Source of the DNA: an uncultured Bacilli bacterium
GTDB taxonomy: Bacteria; Bacillota_I; Bacilli_A; RF39; UBA660
Length of the DNA stretch: 64,000 bases
Assembly: GCA_934163035.1 (NCBI GenBank)
Contig: CAKPJX010000005.1
Span: 1,465-65,464 of the forward strand
Direction: 5' to 3'
How positions within the stretch are numbered: the first letter of the stretch is position 1; each line of letters starts with the position of its first letter. A model generated the notes under the pieces. That model saw nothing but the letters and a program-made list of their open reading frames with translations, was not told where the DNA came from and ran no database searches. Below, one piece after another: positions 39,192 to 46,135 of this stretch. A program made the position numbers and the translations under genes.

Positions 39192-40211
39192 GTGAATGTA
39201 ATAGTTGGTAATAAACAACAAAACTTACTATCAAACTTAGACATTGACATTATAAAAAGTATCACCGGCACTTATTCTGCGTCTGAATTAGTAGAGATAT
39301 TTAAAAACTTTTTCTTTAATAAAATGGTTTTAGATGTTACTGCTTTGAAGGACTATAGTAATATTAACAGCTATAAAACTTTAGCAAGTGGTATGGACCC
39401 GGATAAAATTATATGCTTTGTGCCAGAAAAAAGTCCGCTATGTACAGCTGGATTTTTCTCTGCTTTAGTGTCAACTGGAATTTATAACTTTACAACTAAT
39501 ATTGACGGCATTAAATATTTAACAAGGCATTCTAATACATTGCAAGATGTAAAACAATTTCAAAATGTTCAACCAATGATAAATAACATAAAGGAATCAA
39601 ATGAATTAAAACCAGATTTAGTAAAGGTATCAACTTCATCAAACAATACAAACAGCAGAATAATAGGAATAAAAAGCATTACTGGGGGAGCTGGAAGTAC
39701 TACATTTACATATATGTTAAAAAAGGAACTAGTAAAAAAACTTGATCCAAATGTCATTGCTGTAGAAATAGATAAGTCCGATTTCAAAGCATTTGGAGAT
39801 AGGAATATGTACTCAATTACTGATAATCAATTAAAGTCATTTTTGAGTAAAAATAGTTCATCAAAGATTATCTTAGTTGACTTAAACAATAGTAAAAATT
39901 CCTATCTATGTAATGATATAATATACTTGTTAGAGCCAAGTATAGTAAAAATAAATAAACTATTAAGATATGGACCTACAATACTGCAAAAATTAAGAAA
40001 TAAAAAAGTTGTTTTAAATAAAAGCTTGCTTACTTCACAGGATGTACTTGATTTTGAGTATGAATCAGGATTAAAAGTATTTTATAATATGCCACCATTA
40101 AATGAGAGAAAGCAAAATGATATTATTAGTGAATTTTTATCAAAAATGGGGTTAATTGGTTCAAAAGCAAAATCAAATTCAGGTCGGGTGTTTGGATTAT
40201 TTAGAAGGTAA
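39192..40211 (+). CDS. TadZ/CpaE-like ParA/MinD-family ATPase with an N-terminal receiver-like domain (tentative)
   Basis: GTG start after GAGGGTGA. IIGIKSITGGAGSTTFTYML is a deviant Walker A, and KIILVDLNNS is Walker B-like. Confidence 0.5.
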   Translation: MNVIVGNKQQNLLSNLDIDIIKSITGTYSASELVEIFKNFFFNKMVLDVTALKDYSNINSYKTLASGMDPDKIICFVPEKSPLCTAGFFSALVSTGIYNFTTNIDGIKYLTRHSNTLQDVKQFQNVQPMINNIKESNELKPDLVKVSTSSNNTNSRIIGIKSITGGAGSTTFTYMLKKELVKKLDPNVIAVEIDKSDFKAFGDRNMYSITDNQLKSFLSKNSSSKIILVDLNNSKNSYLCNDIIYLLEPSIVKINKLLRYGPTILQKLRNKKVVLNKSLLTSQDVLDFEYESGLKVFYNMPPLNERKQNDIISEFLSKMGLIGSKAKSNSGRVFGLFRR

Positions 40212-40215
40212 ATAA

Positions 40216-40244
40216 TTGACAAAACTAAAGTTATAATGTATTAT
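40216..40244 (+). promoter_or_regulatory. Sigma-A type promoter candidate at the start of the T4SS block
   Basis: TTGACA, 17 nt spacer, TATTAT with an extended TG. Confidence 0.45.
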
Positions 40245-40268
40245 GTTATTAGTGAAGGAGAGGTAAGT

Positions 40269-40619
40269 ATGTTAGATTTATTTCAAATTGGAGTAGTAGG
40301 AACAATAAGTGATAGCTGTGGTGGATTAGGTCCAGTTGTTAAAATATTAAAACTAGGTGTTTTAAGAATTGTATGTATTGTTATTCCAATCGCTCTAATC
40401 GGTTTTGCAATATTTGATTTAGGAAAAGCCATTATTGCAAGTGATGATAAAGAAGTAAAAGCTGCTCAATCAAGACTTATAAAGAGAATTATATATGGTA
40501 TAGTTATTTTCTTGGTACCATTTATAATCACATTAGTAATGAATCTTGTAGCACAAGGTGCAGATCAATCAGAGACTAATACTCAAAATTGGGCAACATG
40601 TTGGAATAGTATTCAATAA
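40269..40619 (+). CDS. VirB2/TrbC-like two-TM pilin-like protein (tentative)
   Basis: Start moved to the ATG after GAAGGAGAGG. Two TM helices are separated by the charged loop ASDDKEVKAAQSRLIKR. Paralogous to 40690-41346. Confidence 0.45.
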   Translation: MLDLFQIGVVGTISDSCGGLGPVVKILKLGVLRIVCIVIPIALIGFAIFDLGKAIIASDDKEVKAAQSRLIKRIIYGIVIFLVPFIITLVMNLVAQGADQSETNTQNWATCWNSIQ

Positions 40620-40620
40620 T

Positions 40621-40646
40621 AGCAAACGTTTGCTATTTTTTTTTTA
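40621..40646 (+). terminator. Strong rho-independent terminator directly after the first VirB2-like gene
   Basis: Palindrome AGCAAACGTTTGCT followed by ATTTTTTTTTT. Confidence 0.65.
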
Positions 40647-40689
40647 CTCTGTTATAATTAATATGATATAATGTTTTTGGAGTGATTTT

Positions 40690-41346
40690 ATGAAATGGTC
40701 AAAACTATTACCAACAATATTTTTATTAGGCTTAATACTAGCTCTACCACACAATGTAAAGGCAGAAGAGGCCAAAAAGTGTCTATATGATAATAGTTCA
40801 ACAATTACAATACATACTGATAATACGGCAGAAGTTTCAGATGGAATTATAAGTTGGAATTGGTGGAAAAAGAAAAATGGTAACAAGCTTATTTGTCCAA
40901 AGTATATTATTATGTCAAATCCAGTAGCTGTAAGAGATAGTTTAGAAGAAGCACAAAAATATTCTACTCAAAATAAAGCTAATTATTACAAGCTAGTGAG
41001 TTCAGAAATTGTTACAAAGAGTGATAACAACACTACACAAAATAATTCCGAAGGAACATCAGAGTCATATTTAGGAAAAGTAGATGATGATGACTCAGTT
41101 GCATGGTTAATAAAAAAGGTTTTAAATTATGTAAGAATAGCTGGACCAGTATTAGTCTTAATTTTAACAAGTGTTGACTATTTAAGAGCATTAATTCAAA
41201 GCGATGACGAGACAATGGCTAAAATAAATAAAAAATTAGGAACCAGATTATTATTAGTAGTTTTACTATTTCTTATACCTACACTTGTAAATGTTGTACT
41301 ATCATTAGTTGGATATGATACAGCAAATACTGAGGCATTTAAATAA
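40690..41346 (+). CDS. Secreted or membrane protein with a VirB2/TrbC-like C-terminal two-TM module (paralog of 40269-40619)
   Basis: Signal peptide ...LGLILALPHNVKA. The C-terminal ALIQSDDETMAKINKKLGTRLLLVVLLFLIPTLVNVV aligns with AIIASDDKEVKAAQSRLIKRIIYGIVIFLVPFIITLV. Confidence 0.45.
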   Translation: MKWSKLLPTIFLLGLILALPHNVKAEEAKKCLYDNSSTITIHTDNTAEVSDGIISWNWWKKKNGNKLICPKYIIMSNPVAVRDSLEEAQKYSTQNKANYYKLVSSEIVTKSDNNTTQNNSEGTSESYLGKVDDDDSVAWLIKKVLNYVRIAGPVLVLILTSVDYLRALIQSDDETMAKINKKLGTRLLLVVLLFLIPTLVNVVLSLVGYDTANTEAFK

Positions 41347-41360
41347 AAGAGGTGATATAA

Positions 41361-43451
41361 ATGACTGAATATACTAGTGCTAACACAATTACCGATATGC
41401 TTAGAAGTATTCTAAGTACTATAATAGATAGGCCAGCATTTCTTATACTTAGTTTAATGTATGAGATTTTCTTTAATGTTGCCAATGCAGAGTTATTTAA
41501 CGATTCTACTATTAGAAGATTTTATTATAAAATCCAATTAATACTTGGCGTTTTTATGATATTTAAATTGTCTATTTCAGTATTAGAAGCTATCGTAAAT
41601 CCCGAAAAGCTAACAGCAAAAAAGACAGGTACAATGTCAATAATTGCTAGAGTATTTATATCATTAGCACTATTGGCTGCATTAACCCCAATAAATATTC
41701 CAAATCCTAAGAATGAATATGAAAGAAAATTAAAAAATAACGGTTTAATCTTTGGTATTTTATATTCACTACAATATCGAATATTGCAACAGAATACGCT
41801 GGGAAGATTAGTATTAGGAGATGAATTTGTTAGCAGTGAAAGTAGCGGTCAAAACAAAAAAATAAGGGAAACAGTTTTGTCAACCTCAGATGCTGCTAAT
41901 TCCTTCTCATCAACTATCTTAAAAACGTTTATGAGAATAAACTTAGTACCAAAAAGTGAAAGACAAACAAATAATGATGGTAAGCCAGATGAACTTAACA
42001 AAAACAATTGGGTATGTAAGGACATAGACAGCACACTTATAGATACATATAGAGACGTAAATGCAGATCCACAACAATTACTTATGTTCATCAATTATGA
42101 TTGCGATACATCATCAAGTGATGGTGTAGTATCGCACCTTAAATCTAAATTAAATAAATTAGCTAGCAAGGCTGATTATGCTTTTACATATAACCCATTA
42201 GGTGGAATTGCTGCATATGTATTTGCTTTCTTATTATTAACATTTACTGTTGATGTGGCAATTAGAGCCATAAAAATTGCAATATTAAGATTAATAGCTC
42301 CGATACCAGTTATTAGTTATATGAGCCCTAACCCAAAGGATAATGGTGCTATGGGAACTTGGGCAAAATCATTAGCGACAACATATCTATCACTATTTAC
42401 TAGACTACTTATAATTTACTTAGTAATATATTTAATTCAAGACATGATTCAAAATGGTATGGCAGCAAAAACTACTGGTGGCTTGATAGGCGGCATTTCA
42501 TTTATATTGATTTGCTTTGGCTTATTCTTATTTGCCAGACAAGCTCCAAAGTTTATTCAGGATGCACTTGGAATAAAAGCCGGTAGTGGAAGCGTTGGTC
42601 TTGCACTTGCTGCATCAGGACTTGGAACAATAAGGGGTGGAGGAAAACCAAGAGATGCTTGGAGCAATATGATGGAAGCATCAAGAGCTGCACAAAGTGG
42701 TGGAAAAGATCCTGTTTCAGGAAATTCGTATAGAGCTAACTTGGGTTCATATAAAGATATGAGAGATGCAACGGTAAAGAAAGAAAAGGATAAATATGAT
42801 AAGAATTTAGCTCAAAATTATTATGAAAGAGCATTAGATATTGATGATCAGGATGGGGCAGGCTATAAAAGTCGTCGATGGTGGCAGTCAAAAGACTCTG
42901 GAGAAGCTAGAGCAAAAACTCAAACCTTTGACGCAAATAAACAACGATATAAGGCGAATTGGCAAACACATGAACGTGCAACTGGTAGAGGTGTAACAAC
43001 AAGGGCTGGATCGGAATTCCATACTAGAAGAGATCCGTATCCAACACCGACCCCATCTGGACAACAAGGAACACCACCATCTGGACCACCAAGTAGAAAT
43101 AGAGGGGATGCTGCCGATAAAAGTATTGGTATAGAAGTAAGACCAGTATATAAACATAAACCAATAAAAGTAGGTGGTAAAACTATAACTATAGGAGAAC
43201 CAGAGATGCGTCAAAACGGTGGTTCTGGATATGCTGTTGACGGATCAATACCAAGTGGACCAATACCAGGCGGACCAACACCAAGTGGACCAACACCAGC
43301 CGGACCAACACCAGCCGGACCAACACCAGGTGGACCAACACCAGCCGGACCAACACCAGCTGGACCAACACCAGGTGGACCAACACCAGATGGACCAACA
43401 CCAGGCGGACCAACACCAGGTGGACCAACACCAGGTGGACCAACAGCGTAA
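41361..43451 (+). CDS. VirB6/TrbL-like polytopic T4SS channel protein with a Pro-rich repeat tail
   Basis: At least 6 hydrophobic helices. Sits between the VirB2-like and VirB3/VirB4-like genes. The C-terminal 65 aa are GPTPx pentapeptide repeats. Confidence 0.6.
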   Translation: MTEYTSANTITDMLRSILSTIIDRPAFLILSLMYEIFFNVANAELFNDSTIRRFYYKIQLILGVFMIFKLSISVLEAIVNPEKLTAKKTGTMSIIARVFISLALLAALTPINIPNPKNEYERKLKNNGLIFGILYSLQYRILQQNTLGRLVLGDEFVSSESSGQNKKIRETVLSTSDAANSFSSTILKTFMRINLVPKSERQTNNDGKPDELNKNNWVCKDIDSTLIDTYRDVNADPQQLLMFINYDCDTSSSDGVVSHLKSKLNKLASKADYAFTYNPLGGIAAYVFAFLLLTFTVDVAIRAIKIAILRLIAPIPVISYMSPNPKDNGAMGTWAKSLATTYLSLFTRLLIIYLVIYLIQDMIQNGMAAKTTGGLIGGISFILICFGLFLFARQAPKFIQDALGIKAGSGSVGLALAASGLGTIRGGGKPRDAWSNMMEASRAAQSGGKDPVSGNSYRANLGSYKDMRDATVKKEKDKYDKNLAQNYYERALDIDDQDGAGYKSRRWWQSKDSGEARAKTQTFDANKQRYKANWQTHERATGRGVTTRAGSEFHTRRDPYPTPTPSGQQGTPPSGPPSRNRGDAADKSIGIEVRPVYKHKPIKVGGKTITIGEPEMRQNGGSGYAVDGSIPSGPIPGGPTPSGPTPAGPTPAGPTPGGPTPAGPTPAGPTPGGPTPDGPTPGGPTPGGPTPGGPTA
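43248..43448 (+). repeat. In-frame 15-nt tandem repeat, about 13 copies (GGACCAACACCAGNN), encoding (GPTPx)n
   Basis: Directly visible: [66 protein letters not shown]. Confidence 0.9.
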
Positions 43452-43469
43452 AAAGGAGTGTGATACATA

Positions 43470-43778
43470 GTGAATTATTTAATTCCAGCAAATACAAAAA
43501 GAGGACAATTGATATTGGGACTGTTTAGACCCTTCGATTTGATTTTGGTTGGTAGTGGAATAGCTGTAACAATATTGTTACTTGCTTTATTACCACTAAG
43601 TTCAACATTTATGACAGTATTAGCACTATTACCAGGGGGGGTATGTGCTATTCTTGTTACTCCATTACCGTATTACCACAACGTATTAAATGGCATAATT
43701 GAAGTGTATTCATTTTTAACAAGTACCCAAAAATATAAATGGAAAGGTTGGTGTTATAGGGAATGGCTCAAAAAGTAG
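43470..43778 (+). CDS. PrgI-family / VirB3-like small membrane protein
   Basis: GTG start after AAGGAG. Has the [24 protein letters not shown] pattern, two TMs, and lies directly upstream of VirB4. Confidence 0.55.
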   Translation: MNYLIPANTKRGQLILGLFRPFDLILVGSGIAVTILLLALLPLSSTFMTVLALLPGGVCAILVTPLPYYHNVLNGIIEVYSFLTSTQKYKWKGWCYREWLKK

Positions 43779-44317
43779 CAAGTACATACAAGTACACAGA
43801 AGATTGGCTTCCAGTCAAAACAATTCAAAATGGTATGATCCTTACAAAAAGTAATTATAAAGTAACAGGAGTAAAAATATCTCCTAAAAATATTTTTATT
43901 CTTGATCCAGACGTTCAAAACAATATATTAATAAGCTTAAAAAACTTTTATAATACTATTGATTTTGAATTTTGGCTAGTTGTTGCTGATAGACCAGTAG
44001 ACATATCTGTCTATATGTCAAATTTACAATTAAAATTCAATGAAGCAACATCACCAGCAATTAGAAAGCTGATTGCTCAAGACATTCAAAAAGGTGAAAA
44101 CTTTATCAATAATAACATTGTTGATACGGAATATTACTTCCTATTTAAAGATAAGAATGTGGATCTCCTACAAAAAAGAGTAAGAATGATGATCAATGGT
44201 TTAGCAAGCTGTGGTTTGAACGCGTCACAAACTAGCAATGAAGATTTGAGAGTTATTTTAGAAAATTTCTTAAATGGGGGAAATAGAACTGAATTTGGGA
44301 CGGTGATGCCAGTATGA
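43763..44317 (+). CDS. N-terminal domain of VirB4-type ATPase encoded as a separate ORF
   Basis: DWLPVKTIQNGMILTKSNYKVTGVKISPKNIFILD...ILISLKNFYNTI resembles the N-terminus of Gram-positive VirB4 (Tn916 Orf16/TcpF/PrgJ type). Its stop overlaps the next start (ATGA). Confidence 0.55.
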   Translation: MAQKVASTYKYTEDWLPVKTIQNGMILTKSNYKVTGVKISPKNIFILDPDVQNNILISLKNFYNTIDFEFWLVVADRPVDISVYMSNLQLKFNEATSPAIRKLIAQDIQKGENFINNNIVDTEYYFLFKDKNVDLLQKRVRMMINGLASCGLNASQTSNEDLRVILENFLNGGNRTEFGTVMPV

Positions 44318-46113
44318 GTACAGGGCTTATAAGTCAGTTAGCTCCTAAGGGGCTACATTTTTCTGTTAGTGATTTTGTAATAAGTGATAAATATGCAACA
44401 ATAATGACAGTTGTTTCATATCCCAAATATATCCAACCAGGATATCTTTCAAATTTAACAAATATGCCTGGTATAAAAGTTGTTGTAAAACACATCCCAG
44501 TTCCATTTCAACAAATGGCAAAGATGTTAAATAAGCAGGTTGCTGATTTAAAAGAAAAATATCATAATGAAAGAGATTTAACAGTAAGAGAAAGATTGAG
44601 GCAAGATGCCGAAAGCTTAGAGTATTTCATTTCAATGCTAGCTGGAAGTCAAGCAAGAATTTTTGACTTTCAAATGCATATTATGATTACTTCTAGTACT
44701 AAAGAGGGACTAGAACTAAAAAAGTTAAATGTCAAAAACTACTTAGATGCAATGGAGCTAAAAGCAGTATCATTAAGATTTGAGCAAGAAAAAGTTTTAA
44801 AATCAATGCTTCCAATATTTACATCAAAAGGGGCTCAAGAGTTAGAATCTAGGATTGGGACACCAATACCATCTGTTACAATATCAGCAATGTATCCATT
44901 CATCTTTGATAGCATAAAAGATCCAGGACTATCCACCTTATTGGGTGTAGACTTTTCTGGTGGTATTATCTTATTTAACCAATTTTTATATAAGATAAAA
45001 AAAGAAAATAATAGAAATAATGCCAATATGATAATTCTTGGTACTTCTGGTTCGGGAAAATCAACTGCAGCTAAATTGATGCTAAGAACACATATTAGAA
45101 ATGGTTGCCAAATTGTTATAATTGACCCAGAAGATGAGTTTAGAGAAATGACAGAAACATATGGCGGAGATACGGTAGATATAGGTAAAGGTGGAGAATT
45201 CGGTTTAATTAATCCATTAGAAATAGTTATTGATGCCGATGAAGAAGAAATAAAACAAGGCTTAGGATACACCGTTTTAACAAGAACATTACAATTTTTA
45301 AAAGCTTTTATGAAGTACTATGATCCATCCATAGAAGAAGATGTTTTAACCATGTTTAGTGAAATTGTACAAGATACATATAAGCGTTTTGGGATTGACT
45401 ATAACACTAATTTTTCAAGCTTTACATCAGCAGATTATCCAACATTTAGTGATGTTTATGCAACAATAAGAGGAAAATTAATGTCTATGACAGATCACAC
45501 ACAAGAACGTGATATCATGGAACGACTAGAATTAAAAGTAAGGCCAATCACAAAAGAATTAAAATTTTATTTTGATGGTCACACAACTATCAGTAAAGAT
45601 AGTGATTTTATGGTCTTCAATATAAAAGAATTAATGAATAGTGATTCTAATGTTAGAAATGCCTTATTCTTTAACATATTAAAATATGCTTGGGGACTAT
45701 GTCTAGATTATAGTGTTGATACAGTACTAATGGTAGATGAAGCCCATGTATTACTAGGAGACAATAATGCCCTAGGTGCTGACTTCTTAGCTCAGGTTCA
45801 AAGAAGAGCAAGAAAGTATAACACTGGAACTATTATAATAACTCAGCAGCCAAGTGATTTCTCTGCACCAGCTGTTATTACGCAGGGAAAAGCTATTTTT
45901 GATAATGCCTCATACTATTTAGTTATGGGCTTGAGAAAGCAAGCTGTAGAAGATTTAAGTTTACTTATAGATTTAAATGATAGTGAAAAAGAAAGTATTA
46001 AAAGATACTCACAAGGTGAAGCACTATTCGTCTGTGGAAATAGACGTATGAGAATAAATGTTGCTGTCACTAAAGAAGAATTGGACTCTTTCGGTATTGG
46101 AGGAGGACTATAG
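44314..46113 (+). CDS. virB4: VirB4-type T4SS ATPase (C-terminal two thirds)
   Basis: Walker A GTSGSGKST, Walker B LMVDEAHVLL, IIITQQPSDF. Confidence 0.85.
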   Translation: MSTGLISQLAPKGLHFSVSDFVISDKYATIMTVVSYPKYIQPGYLSNLTNMPGIKVVVKHIPVPFQQMAKMLNKQVADLKEKYHNERDLTVRERLRQDAESLEYFISMLAGSQARIFDFQMHIMITSSTKEGLELKKLNVKNYLDAMELKAVSLRFEQEKVLKSMLPIFTSKGAQELESRIGTPIPSVTISAMYPFIFDSIKDPGLSTLLGVDFSGGIILFNQFLYKIKKENNRNNANMIILGTSGSGKSTAAKLMLRTHIRNGCQIVIIDPEDEFREMTETYGGDTVDIGKGGEFGLINPLEIVIDADEEEIKQGLGYTVLTRTLQFLKAFMKYYDPSIEEDVLTMFSEIVQDTYKRFGIDYNTNFSSFTSADYPTFSDVYATIRGKLMSMTDHTQERDIMERLELKVRPITKELKFYFDGHTTISKDSDFMVFNIKELMNSDSNVRNALFFNILKYAWGLCLDYSVDTVLMVDEAHVLLGDNNALGADFLAQVQRRARKYNTGTIIITQQPSDFSAPAVITQGKAIFDNASYYLVMGLRKQAVEDLSLLIDLNDSEKESIKRYSQGEALFVCGNRRMRINVAVTKEELDSFGIGGGL

Positions 46114-46135
46114 AAGGTAGTTAGGTGGTGGTAGC

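Noticed and set aside
40644-40886. An 80-aa minus-strand ORF spanning the terminator and the start of the second VirB2-like gene.
   Set aside because: It overlaps a strong + strand terminator and a + strand gene that has an RBS and a signal peptide. It has no RBS of its own.
43189-43497. Four ORFs (two antisense, one sense out of frame, plus the real frame) across the GPTP repeat, and the possibility that the regular 15-nt periodicity is a CRISPR-like array.
   Set aside because: The units are contiguous 15-mers with no spacers, and they stay in frame with the VirB6-like CDS up to its stop. The other ORFs are only open because the repeat lacks stops in several frames.
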